Shown: positions 10,264-21,648, numbered from the stretch's first letter. The stretch: 64,000 nt of DNA from Nanobdellati archaeon (GCA_019429005.1 JAHYJR010000001.1:223048-287047); one strand, 5' to 3'. Program-made: numbers and translations. Notes: a model not told the origin generated them from the sequence alone.

Positions 10264-11703
10264 TTATTTTTTTCTCCATTTGACGCCTGAATCTGAATCT
10301 TCAAGAATAATCCCGACCGCAGTTAATTGATTTCGTATTTTATCAGCCTTTTCAAAATCTTTTTCAGCTCTTGCAAGTTCTCGTGCATCAACAAGTATTT
10401 TTATGTTATCTTCAAGAATATCCTCTGCCTGTAATGTAATTATGCCAAAGATTGTATCTATTTTTTTGAAAAGTTCAAACACTAGGTGTGCATCCTTTTC
10501 ACTTATGCTCTTTGTATGCATGGCTTTTTTTACATATGTGACAAAATTAAAAAGTTCAGCAAAAGCTTTAGCTGTATCAAGATCATCATCCATCGCATCT
10601 TCAAACGTGTTTTTAAATATCTCAAGAGTATCTTTTAATTCTGTATTGTCTTTGATATCTGTTTTATAGTCTTTTAGATTTATCATAAAATTATTCAGAT
10701 TCTCAACCGTATTTTTAGCTTGTTCTAGCGATTTATCTGTAAGGTTAAGTGCGGTTCTATATGGTACTGATATCAGCATGTATCTTAATGTTAATGGACT
10801 GTATCCTTTTTTCTCTATATCTTTTAATGTATAGAAATTTCCAAGTGATTTGCTCATCTTTGTTCCATTTACAAGAAGATGTCTTAAATGCATCCAATAA
10901 TTTACAAAACGTTTACCTGTAGCACCTTCAGTTTGTGCTATCTCACATTCATGGTGTGGGAATATATTGTCTTCAGCACCTGTGTGTATATCTATAGTAT
11001 CACCTAAATATTTAGTCGCCATAACGGAACATTCTATATGCCATCCTGGGTATCCAACACTCCACGGACTTTCCCATGTCATAATATGTTTAGGGCTATT
11101 TATCCAAAGTGCAAAATCAAATTGGTTCTTTTTATCTTTATTGAATTCAACCCGTCCGCCAGACCCTGCTTTAAGTTTATCTATGGTATTTCCAGAAAGT
11201 TTTCCATAATCTTTGAATTTTGAAACATCATAATATACGGATCCATTAGCGTTATAGGCATAACCTTTATCAATTAGTATCTTTATCATTTCAATGATTT
11301 CTTTAATGTGTTCACTTGGTTTTGGTCTTACATCCGGTTCTTTTAAACCAATCTTTTTTGAATCTGCTAAAAATTCTTTTGTATAATAATCTGCAATATC
11401 CCAAACTGTTTTGTTTTCTCTTTTTGCTGCTTTTTCCATTTTATCTTCTCCAAGGTCCGAACTTATGACTTCATCTTCTGTCATATGCCCGACATCAGTA
11501 AAATTCATGACTTGTTTGACTGTATAGCCTCTGTATTCAAGATATCGTCTTATAAGGTCTGCAAAAGTGTATGCTCTTAAATTACCTACATGCGCATAAT
11601 CATATACTGTAAGACCACAATTATACATTGTCGCAATACCTTCTTTTTGCGTTTTAAAGTCTTCTTTTTTTCTAGTCATGGTGTTATAGAACTTAATTGC
11701 CAT
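10264..11703 (-). CDS. cysS: Cysteinyl-tRNA synthetase
   Basis: YNCGLTVYDYAHVGN, PGWHIECS, FPHHECE, KMSKSLGN. Confidence 0.97.
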   Translation of the reverse strand: MAIKFYNTMTRKKEDFKTQKEGIATMYNCGLTVYDYAHVGNLRAYTFADLIRRYLEYRGYTVKQVMNFTDVGHMTEDEVISSDLGEDKMEKAAKRENKTVWDIADYYTKEFLADSKKIGLKEPDVRPKPSEHIKEIIEMIKILIDKGYAYNANGSVYYDVSKFKDYGKLSGNTIDKLKAGSGGRVEFNKDKKNQFDFALWINSPKHIMTWESPWSVGYPGWHIECSVMATKYLGDTIDIHTGAEDNIFPHHECEIAQTEGATGKRFVNYWMHLRHLLVNGTKMSKSLGNFYTLKDIEKKGYSPLTLRYMLISVPYRTALNLTDKSLEQAKNTVENLNNFMINLKDYKTDIKDNTELKDTLEIFKNTFEDAMDDDLDTAKAFAELFNFVTYVKKAMHTKSISEKDAHLVFELFKKIDTIFGIITLQAEDILEDNIKILVDARELARAEKDFEKADKIRNQLTAVGIILEDSDSGVKWRKK

Positions 11704-11735
11704 ACATATCAACCCTATATTTTTTAAAAATAAAA

Positions 11736-11809
11736 AGCGGAAGGAGAGATTCGAACTCCCGGAAAACCGATCTGCAGTCGGTCACATTAGACCACTCTGT
11801 CACTTCCGC
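11736..11809 (-). tRNA. tRNA-Cys(GCA)
   Basis: Cloverleaf GCGGAAG...ACCGA CT GCA GA TCGGT...GTTCGAATC...CTTCCGC-T. Confidence 0.95.
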
Positions 11810-12105
11810 ATGTTGAACAATTTATAAAATGTATTATTCTTTATTGTAATTATTATTTTAAGCCTATATTTTTTTATATTCATCGTATTAGACTTATTAG
11901 AATTTTATGGTATTCTTATAGAACTTTTCAGGTATTTTTTAAACCTTGTTTTTATTGTTTATACTAATGTATCAATAAAATTTAAGTTTTGTGTCATTTG
12001 ACACAAGAATATATGTTTGTACTGTAACTAATCTTACACCTATTAGAATTAATCTATTCTATTTTTTATCAATTTTAGAATTGTTATTTTCAATTTGATT
12101 TATCT

Positions 12106-12675
12106 TTAATCTAAGATTTTTGCAAGCTTTTTTGCTGTTTCAATTGATTTATCTTCTTTATTTGTAATAATTGTAAGTATTGCATCTGTGAACATAGAAT
12201 ATGCAGCACAAAAAGATCTATTTAATTCTTGATGTCTTTTAATTGCTATAATACTATCATTATCTCGTTTACGATTACTATCGTTTTGTCTACGTTTAAT
12301 TATATCTTTTTCATCTGATTCGATAATGACTATAGTTTTAGGTATTAGGTGTGTAAGGATATCTATTGGTAATCCTGGAAGATAACCGTTTGGTGTTTCA
12401 ATTGTACTGTGTGTGTCTAGTATTATATTTGATATTTCTGATGCTTTAGATATATTTTTTGCTGCAAGTACTTGAATTGTTTTTTGTGTCTCATTATTTA
12501 ATTTTCTCATATCATCTCTTGTTTTTACAAGACTCTCTTTTTTAGCTATGTTAAACATTTCAGTTCCGAACGTTTTGATTATATATTTATTTTTTGTAAG
12601 GTTCATAGCATCATTTATAACTCTGCTTTTACCCACACCTGGAATTCCTGTAACAATAATAATTTTATTTTCCAT
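12106..12675 (-). CDS. adkA: Archaeal adenylate kinase
   Basis: VTGIPGVGKS, RDDMRKL, DTH, GYLPGLP, RRQND..RKRD. Confidence 0.93.
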   Translation of the reverse strand: MENKIIIVTGIPGVGKSRVINDAMNLTKNKYIIKTFGTEMFNIAKKESLVKTRDDMRKLNNETQKTIQVLAAKNISKASEISNIILDTHSTIETPNGYLPGLPIDILTHLIPKTIVIIESDEKDIIKRRQNDSNRKRDNDSIIAIKRHQELNRSFCAAYSMFTDAILTIITNKEDKSIETAKKLAKILD

Positions 12676-12777
12676 ATAAAGTCACATTTATATTTTAAAC
12701 TACTATTAAGAACTATGTTTTGTTACATATATATCTTTATTAAGTTCTGTTAACCAAGTATGATTAGGTTATTATTT

Positions 12778-12882
12778 ATGGATTCTTGGCATGCACTTGA
12801 ACTAAAAAAACAGAAAACTCTTTTTGGTTTTAACAAAAAAGAAAAATCTACATCAGAAAATTCTGATGTTTCTAAATCCTAA
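12778..12882 (+). CDS. Possible 34-aa small protein
   Basis: ATG..TAA ORF MDSWHALELKKQKTLFGFNKKEKSTSENSDVSKS in an otherwise AT-rich gap. Confidence 0.3.
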   Translation: MDSWHALELKKQKTLFGFNKKEKSTSENSDVSKS

Positions 12883-12941
12883 AAATAACTTATACCAGTT
12901 TTTTATTTTTTTTAAAAAAATAGTTTCTTTTTAATCCGTTT

Positions 12942-13061
12942 TTATAATCTGTCGCTTTGAAATTCAATAATTTTATTAATTCTTTTAACTTCATTAAAAT
13001 TTCCAAGTGCAAGCATTTGTTTTTTCATCATTTCTAATTGGTCTCTTGAAATAGATATCAC
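12942..13061 (-). CDS. Possible 39-aa small protein
   Basis: GTG..TAA ORF (M)ISISRDQLEMMKKQMLALGNFNEVKRINKIIEFQSDRL. Confidence 0.35.
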   Translation of the reverse strand: MISISRDQLEMMKKQMLALGNFNEVKRINKIIEFQSDRL

Positions 13062-13190
13062 CCTCTAATTTATACATTTTTTTAAACCTTTTCGTGGATT
13101 TAAAGAAAAAGTTAGATAACGTTAGTATATAGTATACAAAAAAGTATATATAACCACACGATTAATACGTTTATATATTTTGTGGTTATT

Positions 13191-14855
13191 TTATTTTTCA
13201 GATTTAAATTCTAGTTCTAGAACAACAACAGGCACGTCAATATCCCAGTTTGATATAACTTTGGGATGTAATGCACCTATAATTCCAATTTTTTTATTAT
13301 CAACAATTATCTTAGCACCCCTACCTTCCATAAAGTATGGTTTATCACACTCTTCAAATCTATATTTGATTCCAATGTTTTCAAGAAGTCTTTCTGTAAC
13401 TGCTTTAATCTCAGTATAATCTGAATCACTATGTGCGGTTACAGCTGCAAGATGTAATCGCTGTTTTGTTCTTGTATCTGTTTTTACATCTGGTTTGATC
13501 ACATAATCAATATCAAACAATTTTTGTGGGTATTCTTTATGCTTATTGTTTGACAATGATTTGAGTACACTTGGTATTAACCAAGAACGTATCATATTGA
13601 AACTTTTTTCAGTTGATTCTCCAAGGTTTACATGTGGTTGTTCGGAAATATTCATTTTGTTATATTGTTCTTCTTTATTTGTTATTACAAGTGTAAGACT
13701 TTCTTGATATCCAAAACCAATCATTTGTTCTTGTACTGTTTCTTTAAGTTTGGATTCTTCAGTTGTCCCACCTGTTGTCACAACTAGGGGTATAACCATT
13801 TCAATATTTTCAAAGCCATATGCTCTCGCGACATCATCAGCTATATCAACATCATGTAATATATCGGTCCTATATGGTGGAATAAGTATCGTTAGTATGG
13901 TTTTATCTATATTTATGACATCATAGCCCATTTGCTCAAGGTATTTTTTCATTTTTTTTGCATCAATATTGATACCTATAAGTTTATTTACATAATCTAC
14001 ACTAATTTTTCTTGTTTCAGGAGTAAGATCTGGTGTAGTAATAGTTTTGTCTGCGTATTCTATATCCATTGAATATATTTTTCCACCCATATCTGAAAAT
14101 ATTGTTACAAGTATATTGAGTATTACTTTTAGTGCGTTTAAATCACTACCACTGCATTCTATAAATATTTCTTTGGTATCTTCTGTAACTCTTCCACGTT
14201 TTTGTGAATTGATTATTGGTGGCATTGAAAGGATCTCATTGTTTGAATCAATAAATATAGGGTATTGTTTATGTTCTCTCAAAAGATGTGCATATTTCTG
14301 GCCTGTTGGATGTTTATCAAGTATCTCATATCCATTAAGTTCTTTATCAGATTCAAGTGGTACAAATCTGATATCTTTTGGATCTTTTGCAATATAATGG
14401 ATTGGTAGTTTTATTTTTTCAAATGGATATATTCCTATTGCTGCTTTTTTTCTACCTCTTGCAAATGTTGCATGAAGTTTTTCTTGTACCCATATAAGTT
14501 CTTTTATTTTTTTATCATCAAATTCAAGACCTTTGACAATTGCTGCAACTGTATAAGGTCTTACATTTTTAGTTGATTTATCAACTATAACTTTTTCTCC
14601 GGATTTAGTTATTTTGTATTCTTTAAGTCCCGTTTCTATACTCATATAACTTTTAAGTGCTCTTGCAAGACCATAAGTTGATACCATATCAGGACGTTCT
14701 GCTGTGATATCAATTTTAAGTTCATCACCATCAATATCATCTAGTTCCATACCTAAATTAAATAAATTCTCTTCAAGTTCTTTGGTTGTTATATTTTTTC
14801 CAAGTAGTTTCTGTATTTTTGATAATTGTGTGTCAAGTGTAACCATTGTATTCAC
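13191..14855 (-). CDS. pheT: Phenylalanyl-tRNA synthetase beta subunit
   Basis: AERPDM, QEKLH...RGRKK.AIG, LSMPPIINS, PPYRTDILHDVDIADDVA.AYG. Confidence 0.96.
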   Translation of the reverse strand: MNTMVTLDTQLSKIQKLLGKNITTKELEENLFNLGMELDDIDGDELKIDITAERPDMVSTYGLARALKSYMSIETGLKEYKITKSGEKVIVDKSTKNVRPYTVAAIVKGLEFDDKKIKELIWVQEKLHATFARGRKKAAIGIYPFEKIKLPIHYIAKDPKDIRFVPLESDKELNGYEILDKHPTGQKYAHLLREHKQYPIFIDSNNEILSMPPIINSQKRGRVTEDTKEIFIECSGSDLNALKVILNILVTIFSDMGGKIYSMDIEYADKTITTPDLTPETRKISVDYVNKLIGINIDAKKMKKYLEQMGYDVINIDKTILTILIPPYRTDILHDVDIADDVARAYGFENIEMVIPLVVTTGGTTEESKLKETVQEQMIGFGYQESLTLVITNKEEQYNKMNISEQPHVNLGESTEKSFNMIRSWLIPSVLKSLSNNKHKEYPQKLFDIDYVIKPDVKTDTRTKQRLHLAAVTAHSDSDYTEIKAVTERLLENIGIKYRFEECDKPYFMEGRGAKIIVDNKKIGIIGALHPKVISNWDIDVPVVVLELEFKSEK

Positions 14856-16331
14856 CTATATCTCTCTTTTTGGAACTTTGTAAGTTCTCAACCATTCTAA
14901 ATCACATGTTGGTCCAAGTAAATCATGTATACTGTTTTTATTATATACAAGCATAGCAAGTCTTTCTGGTGACAAACCCCATGCAATAACTGGAACATCT
15001 ATATTGAATGGTTCAAGTGCTTCAGGTCTGAATATACCTGAATTTATAAGTTCTATCCATTTACCAAGACCTTCATGGTATGCGAATGCTTCCATACTTG
15101 GTTCAGTATATGGGTTGTATGTAGGTTTAAATTTGATTTTGTCTATTCCAAATTTGGAATAGAATTCTTTTATACTGCTTTTAAGGTTTCCAAGTGTCAA
15201 GTCTTTATCCATAATTAATCCTTCTACTTGGAAAAATTCAGCACCATGTGTTGCATCAAGTGCCTCATTTCTAAAAACTCTATCTATACAAAAATATTTT
15301 GCAGGTGGTTTTATTTTTTCAATTCCAAAATATCTGAATGTTGTTGCAGTTGTATGTGTTCTAAGCAAGACTTTTTTTGCTTCATTATCATCCCATGCAT
15401 AGCCATAACCCTTTGAACCACATTTACCTCCGGTTGTATGTACATTCTTAACCTTATCTACAATTTTTTTATCTGGAAGGTCTCCGATTAATGGTAAATG
15501 AAAAGTGTCTTGTGCTTCTCTTGCAGGATGATCTTGAGGTATAAACATTGAATCCATGCACCAAAACGCAGTCTCAACAAGTGGTCCATTCATCTCTTTA
15601 AAACCCATCTCAACAAACACATCTCGTATACGGTTCATTATAACTCTAAGTGGATGTTTTCGTCCATTATACATTTTTGCAACAGGTGCAACTACATTAT
15701 ATTTTCTAAAAGTCACATTTTTCCATTCACCTGTTGTAAGGTGCTTTGGTGTGAGTCTGCTAATTTCCTTTACAAGTTTAGTTTCATCTGCAACTTTTAA
15801 TCCAATAGCAGTAGCTTTAATTGTTCTTATTGTCCTAAATGTGGATTTAATGAGAGATCTTTTTGTAAGTGTATCAATCATTTTTGAATCTATTTTGATG
15901 CCTTTTTTAATATTTTCAAGTGCGTCTTGAATAATATCTTTAGTTTTAAGGTATTTTTTACCAGTATCTGTTGCAACTACAAGATTATTTTTATCTTTTT
16001 GTATGTCGATAAGACCTTGTTTTTTTGCAAAACCGACACCAACATTTTTATCTTTAATTTTAATCTTTTCAAGTTCTAGGCCATTACCTATAGCTATAAG
16101 AATTTGACGTTCTGGAAGTCCATTTTTAATTATATTTACGCCTTTATCCGAAAGGTCTAAAACTAATTTATCTTCTTCTTTAACATTTGTAAGTTTTAAT
16201 TTTGAAAGTGTCATACTAGCACGTATTACTGCAGCTTGGTCAATATCTGTTATATCATTAAGACAGATATCATTTTTTTCAAGAAGTTTCTTTAATAAAA
16301 GTATTTCATGGTACTGAAGATTGTATTTCAT
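14856..16331 (-). CDS. pheS: Phenylalanyl-tRNA synthetase alpha subunit
   Basis: PQDHPARE.QDTF, LRTHTT, VFRNE..DATH..EF.QVEG, YNPYTEPS, AWGL..ERL. Confidence 0.97.
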   Translation of the reverse strand: MKYNLQYHEILLLKKLLEKNDICLNDITDIDQAAVIRASMTLSKLKLTNVKEEDKLVLDLSDKGVNIIKNGLPERQILIAIGNGLELEKIKIKDKNVGVGFAKKQGLIDIQKDKNNLVVATDTGKKYLKTKDIIQDALENIKKGIKIDSKMIDTLTKRSLIKSTFRTIRTIKATAIGLKVADETKLVKEISRLTPKHLTTGEWKNVTFRKYNVVAPVAKMYNGRKHPLRVIMNRIRDVFVEMGFKEMNGPLVETAFWCMDSMFIPQDHPAREAQDTFHLPLIGDLPDKKIVDKVKNVHTTGGKCGSKGYGYAWDDNEAKKVLLRTHTTATTFRYFGIEKIKPPAKYFCIDRVFRNEALDATHGAEFFQVEGLIMDKDLTLGNLKSSIKEFYSKFGIDKIKFKPTYNPYTEPSMEAFAYHEGLGKWIELINSGIFRPEALEPFNIDVPVIAWGLSPERLAMLVYNKNSIHDLLGPTCDLEWLRTYKVPKREI

Positions 16332-16346
16332 ATAATCATCCTTTTC

Positions 16347-16589
16347 TTAATTTATCATTTTGTAGCTTCCAAAAGTATAAAGTACTGACACCTTCCTTTT
16401 TAACATTTCTAATGCATCATTTATATCTTTTTGTGTTTGTCCTGATTCAATTTTTGTTTTAAGCACATATTCTACTAGTTTCATCCTTTAAGCTATCAAT
16501 TCAAGAATCTTATTATTGATTGTATCAATATATACTCGCACCTCTTCAAGGCTCACATATTTTTTTTGTTGGTTTTTAATCTCTGTCAT
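16347..16589 (-). pseudogene. Chorismate mutase (AroQ/CM type II)-like gene with an internal stop
   Basis: SLEEVRVYIDTINNKILELIA*RMKLVEYVLKTK matches the AroQ pattern L..LR..ID.ID..I..L...R....K. In-frame TAA at 16490-16488. Confidence 0.7.
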
Positions 16590-16839
16590 ATAAATCACAA
16601 TTTAAATTTATTAATTTTAAAGCTATGGCTATAATTAAAAGTTCTTATAAAAATGTCTATTAGTAATGTCTTTATAGCTAAATCTAAGAAAACGTATACA
16701 GGTGCTTTTATGCTTGTATAAATTGGTGGTACATCACATCACGTATTAAATTATTTTGGTTTAAACTTTTTAAATGTTGTTTTGTTTGAAAAGACTAAGT
16801 TTTATAAAATATTTGTAGTAATTATATTTAGGTATATTT

Positions 16840-17283
16840 ATGAGTGATTTAAAAGCAGATTTCCACATATTAACTTTTATCAAAGAACAAGGTTATTCTG
16901 TAGGATTACAGACACTAAATAGTAGGGGTAAACGCTATACTCTCAAAAATTTTGATGATACTTATTTAGTAGTAGAACATGATTCCGATTTAAAGCAAAT
17001 TATGCCAATTGAAAATATGCTTAAAATTATATTTAATACAGATATTTATTCTCGAGATGAATTAATCTTGGCTTTTGAAGCTAATTATGAGATGTTTAAG
17101 GATTTAACCAAATCAGAATTTATAAAACCTCTTATAAATGAAAATATTCATTTTAAAACAATCAGTTCAAGTGAGTATGAGGGTCTTTTGATTGACGCAG
17201 ATTCTCGCGGTCTATTAATTGATATATATAATGCTGAACCTGTATATGTCTTTAACCATGATATCCAATCGATTTATTTTTAA
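16840..17283 (+). CDS. Hypothetical protein
   Basis: 147-aa ORF with ATG start and protein-like composition. Confidence 0.6.
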   Translation: MSDLKADFHILTFIKEQGYSVGLQTLNSRGKRYTLKNFDDTYLVVEHDSDLKQIMPIENMLKIIFNTDIYSRDELILAFEANYEMFKDLTKSEFIKPLINENIHFKTISSSEYEGLLIDADSRGLLIDIYNAEPVYVFNHDIQSIYF

Positions 17284-17306
17284 GAAGATTATTTGATTTT
17301 GAGATT

Positions 17307-18425
17307 TCAATCTTTAACCAAAAATTTATCAAGAACATCTTTTGCTTTTTCACGTTTTTCTTGGTGCTTTTCAAGAAATTTAACAACGCGTTCAGAAAGG
17401 TCTTTTTTACATTCACCACAAAGTATTTTACCCTCTTTACAAGCTTTTTGTCGCTTTTCAAGTTTTGCATCATTTTCTTCAAAAATAAATTTGAAATAAC
17501 TGAATACAGAACAGATTTCTGAATTTCCACCCTTTTTTCTTTGTTCTTCAATACTTGCTTGACCGCCTGTAAATGCTGACATTACTTTCTTTTTTGCAGT
17601 TTTCAAATCATCTGTTGTAAATATGGCTGAATCTGGTTTTGATGCAGACATCTTGCCACCTTCAACAAGTCCAGGCATAAACATTCCTTGAACTGATGCT
17701 GGTTTATAATATCCTAATTTAGGCATAACATCTCTTGCAACTCTGAAATGCGGATCCTGGTCTATAGCATGTGGTATTAGGCAAGGTATGTTTTTACCTT
17801 GTTCTACCGATTCAAGAAATGCAGGTACTGCTTGCATGCTTGTGTAAAAAATCTGCCCCACATTCGTATCGTTTCCAAAACCAAATGTTGCTTTTGCTGT
17901 TGAGAATGTTATCTTTTTGGCAACTCGGGTTGCATGATAATAAAATGTTTTTGCATTATCGTAATCAGAATATATCTTAGTCTTCTTTGGATTGAATCCA
18001 AGCGCAATGACATCAAGTGCATTCTCATATGCAAAATGTTTTGTGGTTTCAATATCTAATTTGCTGTTTGTTAAGAATTTTTCATCATCGGTCATTTGAA
18101 AAAACAATTTAACATCAAATTTATCTTGTAACCATTTTGTTAAAAACCATGGAAATAAATGACCTAAATGTGTATTTCCAGATGGACCACGTCCTGTATA
18201 CAAAAAGAATTTGTTGCCTTTTTCATATTCATCAAGTATCCAGTTAAGGTCACGGTGTGCAAAAAATAAATTTCGTCTTAAGGTTGGATGAAGTTCTCCA
18301 GTATGTTTTTTAATTCTTTCTAATAACTTTTTATCTATAATTTGTACACCGAAATCTTTTACAACTTTATCATAATCTATATCTCCAGTGACTTCCCAGG
18401 GTGTTACTTTGAATTCTTTTGACAT
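17307..18425 (-). CDS. trpS: Tryptophanyl-tRNA synthetase
   Basis: VTPWEV, YTGRGPS..HLGH, AIDQDPHFR, KMSAS. Confidence 0.97.
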   Translation of the reverse strand: MSKEFKVTPWEVTGDIDYDKVVKDFGVQIIDKKLLERIKKHTGELHPTLRRNLFFAHRDLNWILDEYEKGNKFFLYTGRGPSGNTHLGHLFPWFLTKWLQDKFDVKLFFQMTDDEKFLTNSKLDIETTKHFAYENALDVIALGFNPKKTKIYSDYDNAKTFYYHATRVAKKITFSTAKATFGFGNDTNVGQIFYTSMQAVPAFLESVEQGKNIPCLIPHAIDQDPHFRVARDVMPKLGYYKPASVQGMFMPGLVEGGKMSASKPDSAIFTTDDLKTAKKKVMSAFTGGQASIEEQRKKGGNSEICSVFSYFKFIFEENDAKLEKRQKACKEGKILCGECKKDLSERVVKFLEKHQEKREKAKDVLDKFLVKD

Positions 18426-18456
18426 TGTATCACATTGATATGTTATTTAATTCTCA

Positions 18457-19026
18457 TTATTCAAGAACTTCATAAGTTGCTTTGAAACGCTGTATAACTG
18501 TTATTACAGAAAGTATTGCTATCATGTATAATGCATATGTAAGTGATGCACTGAACACATATGTACTTATAGCTCCAACAAATAATATCACATGACGTCC
18601 TGCACGTCCAAGGACACCCCCATACATTCTTTTTTCAGTTAATGCTTGAGCTTGTGTTCCCATGTAAGATACAAGAAGTAATGTTACAAGTGCTATATAT
18701 GCGATATCTGAATTAATCATTGGGTTATATGCTATACCCATAAATATGATTATGTCTGCAACTCTGTCAAATGTATGGTCTAAAAAATCCCCTTTTTTTG
18801 ATGGTATGCCATTTTTCGCAACTTCACCATCTAAAACATCAAGAAAACCGTTAAGTCCAAGAAATATTGCAGCGGGTATGAAATTACCTTTAAAAAATAA
18901 GTATCCTGAAAAGATTCCAGCAAGTAATGATGCAATCGTAATTCTATCAGGGTGTACATCAATTATAAATGGTGTCATTATTCGATTTCTTAAAGTTTTT
19001 TTTTTAGAATTTGTAATTTTTATCAC
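18457..19026 (-). CDS. CDP-alcohol phosphatidyltransferase (archaetidyl head-group synthase family)
   Basis: DVLDGEVA...G..LDH..DR..D signature; hydrophobic. Confidence 0.92.
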   Translation of the reverse strand: MIKITNSKKKTLRNRIMTPFIIDVHPDRITIASLLAGIFSGYLFFKGNFIPAAIFLGLNGFLDVLDGEVAKNGIPSKKGDFLDHTFDRVADIIIFMGIAYNPMINSDIAYIALVTLLLVSYMGTQAQALTEKRMYGGVLGRAGRHVILFVGAISTYVFSASLTYALYMIAILSVITVIQRFKATYEVLE

Positions 19027-19086
19027 CGGTACAAATAAGTTTATTTAAAATTATTTAAATCATTATTTTTATAAATCTATTAAAGC

Positions 19087-19121
<35 letters not shown>

Positions 19122-19160
19122 GTGATTATTAATAATATTTAGTTATACAAGGTTTTCCAA

Positions 19161-20690
19161 ATGTCAGTAAAGAAAAAAGACAATAAATTTCAAGAACAGT
19201 TTATATCATTCTTACAACAGAAAGGTTTTATCTGGGGTCCTGAACCTGAATTATATGGGGGTCTTGCAGGTTTCTATACATATGCACCACTTGGAAAACG
19301 TCTGAAAAATAATGTTGAAAATCGTATTCGTTCAGTCTTCCAAAAAAATGATATGTGGGAAGTTGAATGTCCGACAATTATGCAGAAAGAGGTTTGGCAA
19401 GCATCAGGACATTTAGATAATTTTACAGATCCTTTGGTTGCTTGTTCAAAATGTAATGCTTCATTTCGTGCTGATAAACTTATAGAAGAGAAATACGATG
19501 ACGTTGTTGCAGATGCATTTAGCGAAAAAGAACTTCTTGATTTTATAAATGATAAAAAAATAAAATGTCCTGTTTGTGGTTCTCAATTTATTCAAGAGAT
19601 TAAGCAACATAATCTGATGATGAAAACCACAATCGGCACAAAAATTGAAGCATATAACCGACCAGAAACTGCTACAACAACATATCTTCCATTTATTCGT
19701 TATGTAGATTATTTTAGGAAAAAAATACCCTTTGGTGTTTTCCAGATCGGAAAAGCTTATCGAAACGAGATTTCACCAAGACAGCATGTGCTTCGGATGC
19801 GCGAATTTACGCAAGCTGAAGGTCAGATGTTTATCTTTAAAGAGCAGAAAAATAATTTTGAAAGGTATGATTTAATTAAAGAGTCAAAATTACCTCTTTG
19901 GTCACACCAATTACAAGACACTTCGAAAGAACCTAAAATGATATCAGTTTCAGATGCAATGAAAAAAGGTTATCTAAAGAATCAGGCATATGCATGGTCT
20001 GTTAATTTAGCATATACACTTTTTAGAGAAATCGGAATTCCTGAAGAATATATAAGGCTTCGTCAGCATACGCCTGGAGAGTTAGCATTTTATGCAGATG
20101 ATGCATGGGATCTTGAGATTAAGACAAACAGTTTTGGTTGGGTTGAATGTTGTGGTATTCATGATAGAACTGATTATGATTTAACTCAACATGCAAAAGC
20201 ATCAGGTAAAAAGTTAGAAGCTTTAGATGAGAATAATGAAAAGACAGTTCCAAATATTCTTGAGATTGCTTTTGGAACAGACCGACCTGTATTTGCTCTT
20301 CTTGATATAACATATAATCAAGCAGAGGATCGGACTGTATTATTTGTACCTTATAATCTTGCACCAATACAAGTTGCAGTATTACCACTTGTAAAGAGAG
20401 ATGGTCTTGACACAATTGCAAAAGAGTTGTTCAATAAATTGAACGGTAAATTCATTGCATATTATGATGAGGGTGGTTCTGTTGGTCGGCGTTATGCAAG
20501 GATGGATGAGAAAGGTACTCCTTATATAATTACAACAGATACTGATACACTTACAGATAATAGTGTCACAATTCGTGATCGTAATTCAACAAAGCAAATA
20601 AGAATCCAGCTTGAAGATGTGCCTGATGTTCTTGATAATTTGTTTTCTAGTAAGAAACAATTTGAAGATTTAGGTAAAATTATAGAGTGA
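19161..20690 (+). CDS. glyS: Glycyl-tRNA synthetase (alpha2 type)
   Basis: ASGHLDNF.DP, RPETA, QIGKAYRNEISPRQ..LRMREF.QAE, GRRYARMDE.GTP. Confidence 0.97.
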   Translation: MSVKKKDNKFQEQFISFLQQKGFIWGPEPELYGGLAGFYTYAPLGKRLKNNVENRIRSVFQKNDMWEVECPTIMQKEVWQASGHLDNFTDPLVACSKCNASFRADKLIEEKYDDVVADAFSEKELLDFINDKKIKCPVCGSQFIQEIKQHNLMMKTTIGTKIEAYNRPETATTTYLPFIRYVDYFRKKIPFGVFQIGKAYRNEISPRQHVLRMREFTQAEGQMFIFKEQKNNFERYDLIKESKLPLWSHQLQDTSKEPKMISVSDAMKKGYLKNQAYAWSVNLAYTLFREIGIPEEYIRLRQHTPGELAFYADDAWDLEIKTNSFGWVECCGIHDRTDYDLTQHAKASGKKLEALDENNEKTVPNILEIAFGTDRPVFALLDITYNQAEDRTVLFVPYNLAPIQVAVLPLVKRDGLDTIAKELFNKLNGKFIAYYDEGGSVGRRYARMDEKGTPYIITTDTDTLTDNSVTIRDRNSTKQIRIQLEDVPDVLDNLFSSKKQFEDLGKIIE

Positions 20691-20694
20691 ATTT

Positions 20695-21191
20695 ATGCAA
20701 TCAATACGTTTAAGATATCAAGAAGTTGAAGATGCAGAACGTTTTTTGAGATTATAACTAAATAAGATTTCAAATATCAAATTATACCTGTAAAGACTGT
20801 TGAAGATGAGATTGATTTTTTAAAGCTTAATGATGAAAAGCGAAAAAATAATTTTGAATATAATTATTCAATAATGTATGACGATATTCTTGTAGGTAGT
20901 TGCGGTATTAAGATTGATCAACATAATACTCATATTTGTAGTTTAGGTTTTTTTGTTGACGAAAACTATTGGGGTAAAGGTATTGCAACATATGTTGTAC
21001 CTCTACTTGAGCATATTTGTTTTGAAGAGTTGGGCATTAAACGAATTGAAATAAGGATGTATGTTGAAAATAAAGTAAGTGAGAAAGTTGCAATAAAGTG
21101 TGGTTATACGCAATAATGTGTGATGAAAAAAGCAATAAAACTTGGAAATGAGTTTGTTGATGCTTATCTTTATGCTAAGGTTAAGGTGTGA
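20695..21191 (+). pseudogene. RimJ/RimL-type GNAT acetyltransferase pseudogene
   Basis: Frameshift in the T6 run at 20742-20747 plus premature TAA at 21114-21116. Motifs LGFFV...YWGKGIAT and N..SEKVA.KCG; the frame continues CVMKKAIK...DAYLYA to TGA at 21191. Confidence 0.85.
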
Positions 21192-21308
21192 TTATATCTA
21201 ATTTTTGAAGATGTTTTTATTCCGTTTCTCTGTTTTTGTTATACTTGATTGTTTCATACACCTATTTTTTTAAAATCTTAAGTGACTATTTTACGAAAAA
21301 TATATATG

Positions 21309-21648
<340 letters not shown>

